Source: Candidatus Kaiserbacteria bacterium
GTDB taxonomy: Bacteria; Patescibacteriota; Minisyncoccia; Phycocordibacterales; UBA918
DNA: 64,000 nt
Reading direction: 5' to 3'
Assembly: GCA_016699245.1 (NCBI GenBank)
Contig: CP064968.1
Location: 704,317-768,316 of the forward strand
Below are positions 18,328 through 27,234 of this stretch, in pieces. The translations under genes were made by a program, and so were the position numbers. How positions within the stretch are numbered: the first letter of the stretch is position 1; each line of letters opens with the position of its first letter. The notes beneath the pieces were generated by a model that did not search any database, was not told where the DNA came from, and saw nothing but the letters and a program-made list of their open reading frames with translations.

Positions 18328-18635
18328 AACTCAAAAAGCGCGTGAACGCATAATAAGGTTGCTCTTACCAATAAAATGGCCTAATATAGCCACTTTGGTG
18401 AGAACCTCGTGTAACAACAGGTAACGGCCAGTGCTAAACGAAGTACCCACAAATGTGTATGTTGCATCACCCACCAGGGTGCATACACATGGGAGTTCTG
18501 AACGAGGGCTATAGTACGCGAAAGCCTGTTGAATGTCAAATGTATGTACGTATTATGAACGACATCGTAAGTCGCTCATAATCTCTCAAAACTAATGCGC
18601 TGTTTATAATAGTTGTTTAGTATAGATTTATGAAC

Positions 18636-18670
18636 ACAAAACCCCGCGCCGGAGGTGCGGGGTTTTGTTG
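18636..18670 (-). terminator. Intrinsic terminator immediately after rplB
   Basis: aaaaccccgcgccggaggtgcggggtttt. About 300 nt of noncoding sequence follow before rpsS. Confidence 0.65.
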
Positions 18671-18685
18671 ATTTCTCTGAAAATA

Positions 18686-19549
18686 TTACTTTCCAGAGTT
18701 TGCCATGAGTTTACCTGGCTTTCGGCGGGTAACAATGAAAGTGTTTGAGTACTTTCGTGGCTTGCGGGTCTTTTGGCCCTTGCCTGTTGGACGTCCTTGC
18801 TTGGTGCGGGCGTGCTTGTGTCCACGAGGAGCACGTCCTTCACCTCCTCCGTATGGATGGTCAACAGCGTTTCGAGCTGATCCACGAGTCTTTGGACGAA
18901 GTCCAAGTTTTCGTGCGCGACCAGCCTTTCCGAGAGTAATCAAACGATATTCTTCGTTCGATACCGCTCCGATAGTTGCCCATGCAGTAGAGATGATGCG
19001 TCGTACCTCCGATGAAGGAAGTTTGACGAGTGTGTAGCCTGCATCCTGTGCAACTACTTCTGCGTAGGTTCCTGCTCCACGCGCAATACGTGATCCTGCT
19101 CCTGGCTTCAACTCGACGTTAAAGACAAAGGTACCGACAGGAATGCTCCCGAGAGGAAGACGGTTACCCATCTTTGGCTTTGCGGTTTCAGAGACAACGA
19201 ATTCGTCGCCCTTCTTCCAGCCCTTTGGTGCGAGCACATAGCGTCGTTCTCCATCCTTGAAGAGTACGAGTGCGATAAATCCTGAACGGAATGGATCGTA
19301 CTCAATAGTCTCGACAATTGCAGGAATATCCTTCTTGTTGTAGACAAAGTCTACATCACGATAGGTGCGCTTGTTTCCCCCTCCACGATAGTGGTTGGTG
19401 GTGCGTCCACTACTGTTACGACCTCCTGTAGAGCGTGCGCCCATGGTGAGTCGCTTGAGTGGCTCGCTCTTTGAAGTGGTGAGTACGTCACCGTACGAAA
19501 CTACCGTCATTCCGCGGCGACCTGCCGATGTTGGTTTATATTTTTTCAT
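18686..19549 (-). CDS. rplB: 50S ribosomal protein L2
   Basis: L2 family. Confidence 0.95.
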   Translation of the reverse strand: MKKYKPTSAGRRGMTVVSYGDVLTTSKSEPLKRLTMGARSTGGRNSSGRTTNHYRGGGNKRTYRDVDFVYNKKDIPAIVETIEYDPFRSGFIALVLFKDGERRYVLAPKGWKKGDEFVVSETAKPKMGNRLPLGSIPVGTFVFNVELKPGAGSRIARGAGTYAEVVAQDAGYTLVKLPSSEVRRIISTAWATIGAVSNEEYRLITLGKAGRARKLGLRPKTRGSARNAVDHPYGGGEGRAPRGHKHARTKQGRPTGKGQKTRKPRKYSNTFIVTRRKPGKLMANSGK

Positions 19550-19558
19550 AGGTCAGCA

Positions 19559-19930
19559 TTAGACGAGCTCGATACGGTCACCTTTTTTGAGGTAGACGTA
19601 CGCTTTTTGTAATCCGTGTTGCATCATGTCTCGACCGCGTGCGCGCGACATGAAGTGGCGTGGCCTCTGATGCACAATGTTAATCCGAACAGGAGTGACA
19701 TTGTAGAGAGCCTTGATCGCATCACGTACTTCGAATTTATTGGCGCCGTTCTGGATTTCAAATGTATATACATTTGATTCTCCGAGAATCGCAGCCTTTT
19801 CGGTAATACGTGGCTTAATGATGACTGATGCGATATGACGCTGTACCACAGGTCCTGTAGACACCTTTGGTGTTACAGTCGTTTCTGGCTGTGTGGTTGC
19901 GTCTGCATCTTTCTTTCCAAACAATCCCAT
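19559..19930 (-). CDS. rplW: 50S ribosomal protein L23
   Basis: ATG at 19930 abuts the rplD stop (19932-19934). The longer ORF would overlap rplD by 56 nt. Confidence 0.85.
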   Translation of the reverse strand: MGLFGKKDADATTQPETTVTPKVSTGPVVQRHIASVIIKPRITEKAAILGESNVYTFEIQNGANKFEVRDAIKALYNVTPVRINIVHQRPRHFMSRARGRDMMQHGLQKAYVYLKKGDRIELV

Positions 19931-19931
19931 A

Positions 19932-20657
19932 TTACGAGTTTGTGGCTGTAGCCTTACGTGCCGTCTTGGTTGCAACGCGGGCTTCAAGAGCCTTAAGTGC
20001 TTCCTCAGGTTTTGCGACTACAACATACTTATAGGTGAGTAATTCTACTGGGTTGACGTCTTTGATGTTCATCACCTCGACGTTCCCGAAGTTACGGAAA
20101 CTGAGTTCAGCCTGCGTATCACGTGCGGTAAGTACCACAAGTGCTGCGTTCGCCTTCTTTGTTCCAATATCCTTCATGTGTGCAACAGTGCCAAGCGCCG
20201 TGAGGAACTTGCGTGCCTCTCCAGTCTTTGGCTCTGCAAAAGTAAGTGCATCAACGAAGACAAGTCCCCCTTGTGCATGCTTTTGTGAAAGTACGCAGGC
20301 GAGTGCCTTTGCGCGTGCATTCTTGTTGATTTTGCGTGTGAAGTCACGCTCGTTGCGTGGTCCGTGTGCTACACCTCCACCAGTCCAGATTGGAGAACGT
20401 GAAGATCCATGTCGTGCGCGGCCAGTACCCTTTTGCTTCCACGGCTTTCTACCTCCTCCACGCACTTCAGCGCGGTTTTTGGTATGCGCAGTATTTGAAC
20501 GGGCATTACCTTGCATCGAGACCACGACTTCGTGTACGAGGTCAGCATTCCATGCGACACCAAACACCTTTTCAGGGAGTGCAATATGTGAGACCTCTTT
20601 TCCTTCTTGCGAATATACATTCGCTTCTAGTTTTGTAGTACTCATATGCTTATACAC
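19932..20657 (-). CDS. rplD: 50S ribosomal protein L4 with C-terminal extension
   Basis: L4 family. Start possibly at the second Met (MSTTKLE). Confidence 0.9.
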   Translation of the reverse strand: MYKHMSTTKLEANVYSQEGKEVSHIALPEKVFGVAWNADLVHEVVVSMQGNARSNTAHTKNRAEVRGGGRKPWKQKGTGRARHGSSRSPIWTGGGVAHGPRNERDFTRKINKNARAKALACVLSQKHAQGGLVFVDALTFAEPKTGEARKFLTALGTVAHMKDIGTKKANAALVVLTARDTQAELSFRNFGNVEVMNIKDVNPVELLTYKYVVVAKPEEALKALEARVATKTARKATATNS

Positions 20658-21270
20658 TACGTACTTCTACTAACGTGCCTCGTCGACCTGGAATAGCACC
20701 CTTGATAAGGATGATATTCTCTTCCTTATTGACTGCCATAACTTTTAAATTCTTTACCGTAATACGGTCACTTCCCATACGGCCCGCCATACGAACGCCC
20801 TTGAAGACGCGCTGTGGACCTGTTGAACCGATTGAGCCCGGTGCACGAAGGATATCCTTCGTACCGTGACTTGCTGCTCCTCCACGGAAACCGTGGCGCT
20901 TTACCACTCCTTGGAACCCTTTTCCTTTTGAAATGGCTGACACGACAACAACATCACCTTCTTTGAAGATTGATGCATCAAGCATCGCATCCTTTGCAAA
21001 ACCTTCTACAGATTCTGCATAGCCGATACGTGGACGGAACTCCACCACGTGCTGGTATGCGCCACCCATATGCCCGGTTTGTGCTTTGTTGACGCGATGC
21101 GCCTTCTGAGCACCCGAAGCAATCTGTATGGCTTCATATCCATCCTTCTCCTTGCCTTTCACCTGAGTCACCTTTGCAGGTGTCACACGGAGAATGGTTA
21201 CCGGATGCGCGATTCCCTGTGCATCAAACACCTGGGTCATCTGCTCCTTGGTTCCCAAAATAAATTTCAT
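20650..21270 (-). CDS. rplC: 50S ribosomal protein L3
   Basis: L3 family. Confidence 0.95.
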   Translation of the reverse strand: MKFILGTKEQMTQVFDAQGIAHPVTILRVTPAKVTQVKGKEKDGYEAIQIASGAQKAHRVNKAQTGHMGGAYQHVVEFRPRIGYAESVEGFAKDAMLDASIFKEGDVVVVSAISKGKGFQGVVKRHGFRGGAASHGTKDILRAPGSIGSTGPQRVFKGVRMAGRMGSDRITVKNLKVMAVNKEENIILIKGAIPGRRGTLVEVRSV

Positions 21271-21389
21271 TTATTTTAAAAACTAACTGATAAATGCTTT
21301 TTGACCGAGGTAATTGAAAAACCGCGATTTCCTAGTCGCAAGCACAAGCTCGCAGACTAAAAAATCGCGGTTTTGCGCCCATTGGTCTC

Positions 21390-21442
21390 CCGGTGAAATA
21401 CGAGCTTTGCTCGTCACACGGCTTTGCCGTGTATTTCACTGG
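21390..21442. repeat. Third copy of the ~55-nt structured element (GGTGAAAT ... GTATTTCACTGG flanks, two internal hairpins)
   Basis: ccggtgaaatacgagctttgctcgtcacacggctttgccgtgtatttcactgg. The flanks are shared with 7611..7665. The internal stems differ in sequence but still pair. Confidence 0.75.
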
Positions 21443-21561
21443 GGTACGTAGGTCTTAAAAAGCTAGGAGGAGTATACAGGAATACTCGAAAGATGCAATG
21501 ATGCAGTCCCCCAAGTTCAATAATTAATTGCAACACCTGATTAGGACATCAGATGTCCTAA

Positions 21562-21903
21562 TTATCGGAAAAGAAGAATTTTAATATTTTCACTTACTTC
21601 CTCAATAACTTCCGTAGAAACTTTTTGTATGAAACGAACTTTTCGACTTTTCCAATCCAAATTGCGCATTTGGTCGGAAAGCACTACACCGTCAACTTTC
21701 TCTTCGCTGAGCGGAACTTCATACGAATACCCCTTTATGCGTGAAGTTATGGCACAAGCAACCATAAGATTTGTCCTTTCATTATATTTTATTGGAGAAA
21801 GAACGAGCACTGGTCTAAGATTCGCCTGTTCGTGTCCTCTCGTGGGACTCAAGTCAATCCACACAACATCACCTTTGTCGGGGACATATTTCTCTTTTAC
21901 CAT
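21562..21903 (-). CDS. mazF: Type II toxin MazF/PemK family endoribonuclease
   Basis: YVPDKGDVVWIDLSPTRGHEQANLRPVLVLSP...KGYSYEV...VVLSDQMRNLDW closely parallels E. coli MazF. Confidence 0.9.
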   Translation of the reverse strand: MVKEKYVPDKGDVVWIDLSPTRGHEQANLRPVLVLSPIKYNERTNLMVACAITSRIKGYSYEVPLSEEKVDGVVLSDQMRNLDWKSRKVRFIQKVSTEVIEEVSENIKILLFR

Positions 21904-22139
21904 ATTTCGTTACCCACTGGCTTACCCCAATCCACCTCTTCGTGAAGATTTTCTTTTGTTATACCTTTAAGCATATCGTCAAGAGTACGACGCTCCCTCT
22001 TCACAACTTCAATGGAAATCCCTGTTTTTGTTTCTGTTACCAAAACACGACTCCCTGCTTTTAAAGATTTGCTCATAGCAATACTCTTTGGCAGACGAAC
22101 TCCGAGACTATTCCCCCATTTTTGAATATTAGTTTCCAT
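21897..22139 (-). CDS. mazE: Type II antitoxin MazE (AbrB/SpoVT fold)
   Basis: ATG at 22139 gives METNIQKWGNSLGVRLP...ITKENLHEEVDWGKPVGNEIW, parallel to the E. coli MazE C-terminus. Overlaps mazF by 7 nt. Confidence 0.9.
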   Translation of the reverse strand: METNIQKWGNSLGVRLPKSIAMSKSLKAGSRVLVTETKTGISIEVVKRERRTLDDMLKGITKENLHEEVDWGKPVGNEIW

Positions 22140-22145
22140 ATGTTG

Positions 22146-22170
22146 AAAGTATATACTATGTATATACTTT
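22146..22170. promoter_or_regulatory. Perfect palindrome AAAGTATATAC-TAT-GTATATACTTT 7 nt upstream of the mazE start: putative MazE/MazF operator
   Basis: 11-bp arms seen directly. E. coli mazEF is autoregulated through a promoter palindrome. Confidence 0.5.
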
Positions 22171-22276
22171 TGCAATACTCGTTGTTCCCCAACGCCACGA
22201 GGCGCACTGCAACAAGATCGTGAAGGTGAATCTATTACGTACCCCAGACACGTGACTTTCTTTGCCTAACAAATAC

Positions 22277-22307
22277 AAAACCCCGCGGCCAAGGGCCGCG
22301 GGGTTTT
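22277..22307 (-). terminator. Intrinsic terminator after rpsJ
   Basis: aaaaccccgcggccaagggccgcggggtttt. Confidence 0.7.
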
Positions 22308-22336
22308 GTAACAAACTGGTGACAACAATAACACTC

Positions 22337-22702
22337 CTACATCATCTTCACATCAATGCTCACGCCTGATGGAAGAGAGAGGTTGGTGAGCGCTTCGATT
22401 ACCTTAGCGCCCGGATTCATAATATCGATGACACGCTTGTGCATTCGCATCTCAAACTGTTCTCGCGCATCCTTATGAACGAATGTCGAGCGGTTTACCG
22501 TATACTTCTTGATTTCAGTAGGCAATGGAATTGGACCGATTACCTTTGCGTCGAAACGCAATGCGGTGTCAATAATTTGCTTTACCGATGTATCGAGAAT
22601 CTTATGCTCGTACGCACGAACACGAATCCGTAGCTTTTGGATTTCTCCGCCAGCAGTTGCTTTTTTCACCTTTTTGGGTTCAGCAGTTGTTTTTGTTGTC
22701 AT
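22337..22702 (-). CDS. rpsJ: 30S ribosomal protein S10 with Lys-rich N-terminal extension
   Basis: ...QKLRIRVRAYEHKILDTSVKQIIDTA... S10. Confidence 0.9.
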   Translation of the reverse strand: MTTKTTAEPKKVKKATAGGEIQKLRIRVRAYEHKILDTSVKQIIDTALRFDAKVIGPIPLPTEIKKYTVNRSTFVHKDAREQFEMRMHKRVIDIMNPGAKVIEALTNLSLPSGVSIDVKMM

Positions 22703-22727
22703 GGTTCAGTTGTAATTAAGAGCGTTA

Positions 22728-23921
22728 TTACGCAACAATCTTCGTAACGATGCCGGCACCGACGGTGCGACCTCCTTCACGAATAGCAAAGTTCTGTTGT
22801 TCCTCAAGTGCTACTGGCGCTACAAGTTTTACCTTGAACTTCGCAGTATCTCCTGGCATAACCATCTCAACGCCTTCGGCAAGTGTTACCTCTCCGGTAA
22901 CGTCTGTAGTACGAACATAGAACTGTGGCTTGTAACCTGTGAAGAATGGTGTGTGACGACCTCCCTCATCCTTTGAAAGTACGAATACTTCTGCTTCAAA
23001 GTCTGTGTGTGGCGTTACTGAATTCTTCGCAGCAAGTACCTGTCCGCGGTGTACATCCTCCTTCTTCACACCACGGATAAGAATACCTGCGTTGTCTCCT
23101 GCCTGTGCTTGATCGAGTTGCTTGTTAAACATTTCAACTCCGGTAACGGTTGTCGCTGCAGTATCCTTGATACCGACAATCTGAACTTCCTCACCTACCT
23201 TTACCTTTCCTCGCTCTACACGACCGGTAACTACCGTACCACGTCCTTCAATAGAGAAGATGTCCTCAATAGGCATAAGGAATGGCTTGTCGAGATCACG
23301 AATAGGGAGTGGGAAGTATGAGTCCATTGCGTTCACAAGTTCGAGTACTTTTTCTCCCCAAGGTCCCTTTGGATCCTCAAGTGCCTTAAGTCCTGATCCC
23401 TTGATAACAGGAGCGTTTGCGCCGTCGTATCCGTTCTTTGTGAGAAGTTCACGAAGTTCTTCCTCAACGAGCATAATCATTTCCTCATCATCCACCATAT
23501 CGCACTTGTTCAAGAATACGATGATGTTTGGTACACCCACCTGCTTTGCAAGAAGAACGTGCTCACGTGTTTGTGGCATCGCTCCGTCTGTTGCAGCAAC
23601 CACGAGAACAGCACCGTCCATCTGTGCGGCACCGGTAATCATGTTCTTAATGTAGTCGGCGTGTCCTGGCGCATCGATGTGTGCGTAGTGACGACTTGGA
23701 GTTTGGTACTCTGAGTGAGAAAGAGAAATAGTAATTCCTCGAGCTTTTTCTTCAGGAGCCTTGTCGATATCATCGACACCCTTAACTGATGCACTGTATC
23801 CCTCACCTTTCAGGTTGAGTACAGTAAGAATCGCAGCGGTAAGCGTGGTCTTTCCATGGTCAACGTGACCAATAGTACCTACGTTTACGTGCGGCTTTGA
23901 ACGATCAAATTCTGCTGCCAT
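22728..23921 (-). CDS. tuf: Elongation factor Tu
   Basis: [22 protein letters not shown] motifs. 397 aa. Confidence 0.97.
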   Translation of the reverse strand: MAAEFDRSKPHVNVGTIGHVDHGKTTLTAAILTVLNLKGEGYSASVKGVDDIDKAPEEKARGITISLSHSEYQTPSRHYAHIDAPGHADYIKNMITGAAQMDGAVLVVAATDGAMPQTREHVLLAKQVGVPNIIVFLNKCDMVDDEEMIMLVEEELRELLTKNGYDGANAPVIKGSGLKALEDPKGPWGEKVLELVNAMDSYFPLPIRDLDKPFLMPIEDIFSIEGRGTVVTGRVERGKVKVGEEVQIVGIKDTAATTVTGVEMFNKQLDQAQAGDNAGILIRGVKKEDVHRGQVLAAKNSVTPHTDFEAEVFVLSKDEGGRHTPFFTGYKPQFYVRTTDVTGEVTLAEGVEMVMPGDTAKFKVKLVAPVALEEQQNFAIREGGRTVGAGIVTKIVA

Positions 23922-24325
23922 AGTATTAGTAACTAACTATTAGATAATAATTCCGCACGTGCGACTCCCTTCGTATAAAACGAATGAAGACTTGCAAGTA
24001 CTCAGAGGAAAGGGCGCGAGAACGCCACCTTACCTCTAGGTGCACACAAGTTGCATGTCAAAAAGAGCAAAAACTCCCTCAACCCATAACCCCAAAGGGT
24101 ATAGGCGCGGTGTCGCAATAGTACAAGAATGAATCTATTTTTGCAAGCGGAAGTCTGACCTCACCATGTTCGACACGTCAAGACTCTTTTGTTCGCGAGA
24201 AAGAGGAATAATAATCTCAACTGAACACTCCTGCGTAGTATATTGACATAGAATACCCTGCATTGTATCGTGTGCCCGTTCCCCAGATAGATAGGGGTGT
24301 TCTTTCAACAACGAGGAGAATTGAA

Positions 24326-24826
24326 ATGAAGAGCCTAAAGTCCACATGCCTTTCGGGTCCATTTTATGGTACCTACAATGGGAAATTGGATTATCCCCTA
24401 TCCGTAGAGGTAAATCTTTGTGATCCCAGTTCGACGGTTGCGTTCCTCAAGAAACGTATGCAGGATAGCCAATTTGTTCATCTCACCCTAAGGACACCGC
24501 AATACGAGTCGCGGCAAGACTTGTTTCTAAACGGTTATTTCCTTGCTGATTTGATATTGTTCGCAGAGGTTAACATGGCGCGAATTAGTGCACACTTTCT
24601 CCCGGCATTAGAAATCAAAGATTTGGGGTGGATAATTACGACGCAGGATAATGACAGTGGTACGTGTCCCGGACTGATTGATTTAGTCATCGGTCACAAA
24701 GAGATTATGGAAAAATACCTTCGTACAGGGAATGACTCACTCATTTCCCCCCGCGTCTTGGAGATTTACTCAGATGCAGCAGTTCGAAGATCTTTGAGGT
24801 CTAAATATTATGATGGGGAGGATTAG
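24326..24826 (+). CDS. Hypothetical protein
   Basis: ORF 24263..24826. Internal ATG at 24326 has a GGAG SD 8 nt upstream. Weak candidate promoter TTGACA-17-TATCGT at 24243-24271. Confidence 0.45.
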   Translation: MKSLKSTCLSGPFYGTYNGKLDYPLSVEVNLCDPSSTVAFLKKRMQDSQFVHLTLRTPQYESRQDLFLNGYFLADLILFAEVNMARISAHFLPALEIKDLGWIITTQDNDSGTCPGLIDLVIGHKEIMEKYLRTGNDSLISPRVLEIYSDAAVRRSLRSKYYDGED

Positions 24827-24908
24827 CCTTCGTGGCTCTATCCGGCAACAATGTTGCCGGATATTTTATATTGGTCTAAAACAGAAATCTATCTGCTATA
24901 CTGCGCGC

Positions 24909-25480
24909 ATGCAACAACTTCTAGAAATAGCCCGAAATGCGGCCCACGAGGCAAGTGAGGCAGTAATCGCCATGCGCGAGGGGGTCACTCATGAAATAAA
25001 AGGGGATGGCTCTCCCGTGACCGCGGCTGATACGCGCGCGCACGACATCATCATGGAACATCTTACTCCCACGGATATTATGATTCTTTCTGAGGAATCT
25101 AACGGTGTTCCTATGCCCTATCCTGAATATCTCTGGGTCATCGACCCTATCGATGGCACCAAGGATTATATGAAAGGAAGCACTGACTTCTGCGTTATGA
25201 TTGCGCTTCTTCAGAATGGCAAACCACTACTCGGCGTTGTGGATGCACCCGCACTCAATACTGTTTTCTCGGTGACTTTTATTTCACCCAAGGAGGGCTT
25301 GGTGAATGGGATGTCTGCGCACCTGAAATTATCTTTCGTGAAGCAGGAGGTGTCGTGAGCGACTGTCTTGGAAACGACATTGCATACGGTAATCCAGAAC
25401 ACCGAATTCCTCATGGCGTACTCTTTGCGCAAAAAAATTGTTATGACGAGGTGCTCAGTGCAGTGAAAATGACAGCATAG
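24909..25480 (+). pseudogene. Inositol monophosphatase/CysQ-family gene with ~75-codon internal deletion and frameshift
   Basis: N-terminal part (frame 1, to ~25268) matches SuhB through ...LWVIDPIDGT...VVDAPALNTVF. The C-terminal part ...DFYFTQGGLGEWDVCAPEIIFREAGGVVSD... is in another frame (to the TAG at 25478-25480). The middle of the fold is missing. Confidence 0.55.
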
Positions 25481-25572
25481 TATGCAACAAAAACATGCAT
25501 ACTCCTAAAAATATGCTATTGTACCTACAGAGAAAGCCCTAGATTCCTAGTGCTACGGACAAGGAGTTTGAC

Positions 25573-26043
25573 ATGAGTACACAACAAAACGTGCCCGCTC
25601 TCAATCGGTCACTATGGTCTCTGTGTGGATTATTGTTTTTTGGCAGTGTAACGTATCATCTGTTTTTGAAATACATTGGCCCAGGGCTGAATGAAATCAT
25701 AACCATCGACCCTAAAACAGTCACCCTATCCCACCTCGGATTGATATTTGCACCTATCATCGGATATCTTTTGATAACGGGGAATATCTGTTTAGCAATC
25801 AATGTCGTCAAGCCACTCAAGGTGTGGGACGACATGGGTCTCGTCTGGCACCTCACCATGGGCTTTGCAATGGGTCTCGGTGCATGCCTTATCTGTGGTC
25901 TTGTATTTGGCGTCCTTGGGGGTGCTGTCGAAGAACTTGTCTATGGTCTTGTTGGGGGTCTGCTCGGGAGTTCCCTTGCAGGCCTCGGTTTAGGTCTTGT
26001 TGGAAGTCTTTTCGGGGGTATCTTCAAGGAACTGACACCATAA
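25573..26043 (+). CDS. Hypothetical membrane protein with Gly-rich C-terminal TM segment
   Basis: 156 aa, several hydrophobic helices, GxxxG-rich tail. Confidence 0.5.
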   Translation: MSTQQNVPALNRSLWSLCGLLFFGSVTYHLFLKYIGPGLNEIITIDPKTVTLSHLGLIFAPIIGYLLITGNICLAINVVKPLKVWDDMGLVWHLTMGFAMGLGACLICGLVFGVLGGAVEELVYGLVGGLLGSSLAGLGLGLVGSLFGGIFKELTP

Positions 26044-26218
26044 TCGCCTCATAGATGCAAGGAAAATCTCCTTGCATACGTGAGGCGATTTTCTATTTAA
26101 AAATATCAAGTTGAAATGTTTAAAAATCTACCAGTTTAAATATTTACACATACCACTTCTTATAGTATTGTCTCACTGTTCCCGTTATTTGAAACGGGTG
26201 TTTTTTGAGGAGTAGACC

Positions 26219-26695
26219 ATGTCAGCAGACAAAGTTAAGGTTGTATCATCCCCTGTCATTCCTATCGGTGGGATGCGGGGGCGAGGGATTGTGGTTACCA
26301 TGACGAGATCTCGTTCAAATCGTTTTGCACTCATCAAAGAGGAGTTTGGAAACGGAGACCATATAGCACTAGCCACGGAAGGTGGCGTCAAATGGGCAGA
26401 CCACCCAGATGTGTGCGGGGTTGATCTTCTCCTTCAATTCATGAATATGAAGCGCGCGAATCCTGGATTCATGAATGGAGCATTCTGGAAAATCTTCCCT
26501 GAATATGACAACATCCCACTTTCAGAATTTGGCCTCCAACCCTGCTCGAACGATGCAATTTCTGGAACACGCGACGACATTCATGCCCACATTGTCTTAG
26601 CGCGCAAAGAGGTCTGGGATAGCGGAGCAATTCCTCGCTTCGTTGACCCGATTGACCCAGTACCTTTAGCAGAACGAAAACCGCGGGAAAAATAA
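26219..26695 (+). CDS. Hypothetical protein
   Basis: 158-aa ORF followed by a bidirectional terminator. Confidence 0.45.
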   Translation: MSADKVKVVSSPVIPIGGMRGRGIVVTMTRSRSNRFALIKEEFGNGDHIALATEGGVKWADHPDVCGVDLLLQFMNMKRANPGFMNGAFWKIFPEYDNIPLSEFGLQPCSNDAISGTRDDIHAHIVLARKEVWDSGAIPRFVDPIDPVPLAERKPREK

Positions 26696-26713
26696 TTATT
26701 TTCCGTAATACCC

Positions 26714-26742
26714 AAAAAGGTGCGCACCCGCGCACCTTTTTT
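26714..26742. terminator. Bidirectional intrinsic terminator
   Basis: aaaaaggtgcgcacccgcgcacctttttt. Confidence 0.7.
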
Positions 26743-26763
26743 ATATCTTTTCAAACACACACA

Positions 26764-27024
26764 TCACTGCACCAACGTGAATCGTGTATGCCTCTCTCCC
26801 GAGCCTACCGGCCACTCCATAGTATCGTTCCACTCACGCACCGGCCGAGTAAAAAGATCGGCATCAGGATTTTCATACAACGGCTTATAAACCACCATCC
26901 ACTCATCATCATTTGAGTGGAGAGCTCTCTCTACGACCTCGTATGAATCACCTTTGTAGTGTCGATATACCTCTCCGATTTTTGGTGCATTTTCGGGAAT
27001 ATTTCCTTTCATAGTGTCGTACAT
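26764..27024 (-). CDS. DUF1653-family small protein
   Basis: VYRHYKGDSYEVVERALHSNDDEWMVVYKPLY motif (G.VY.HYKG...Y.V). Confidence 0.7.
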   Translation of the reverse strand: MYDTMKGNIPENAPKIGEVYRHYKGDSYEVVERALHSNDDEWMVVYKPLYENPDADLFTRPVREWNDTMEWPVGSGERHTRFTLVQ

Positions 27025-27034
27025 AGTAGCATAT

Positions 27035-27066
27035 AAAACCGCGCGCCTTTTGGGCGCGCGGTTTTA
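27035..27066 (-). terminator. Intrinsic terminator after fusA
   Basis: aaaaccgcgcgccttttgggcgcgcggtttt. Confidence 0.7.
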
Positions 27067-27234
27067 TATTTCCTTTTATCTTACGCTTCCTCTACATCTT
27101 TGAGGGTCAAGTTGCTAAGTAAAATATTTATTTCATAAATATTTATACTAAGCACTTCCTCCCCAGCCTCGCGGTTTTGCCTCCTTTGTAGTCGGCAAAA
27201 CATCGCTACGGCTCGTAAAGGATTCCGAAGAGGC

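Noticed and set aside
18628-18906. 92-aa minus-strand ORF
   Set aside because: Alternate frame overlapping the rplB 3' end.
20035-20673. 212-aa ORF on the plus strand
   Set aside because: Antisense to rplD/rplC. Its composition is shaped by the r-protein frame and it has no SD.
23922-24262. tRNA genes upstream of tuf (as in tufB operons)
   Set aside because: No cloverleaf-compatible sequence (no GTTCRANYC T-arm with matching acceptor stem) was recognised.
24326-24826. 2H phosphoesterase (LigT-like) assignment
   Set aside because: Only one H-x-T-x motif (HLTL) is present. The family needs two.
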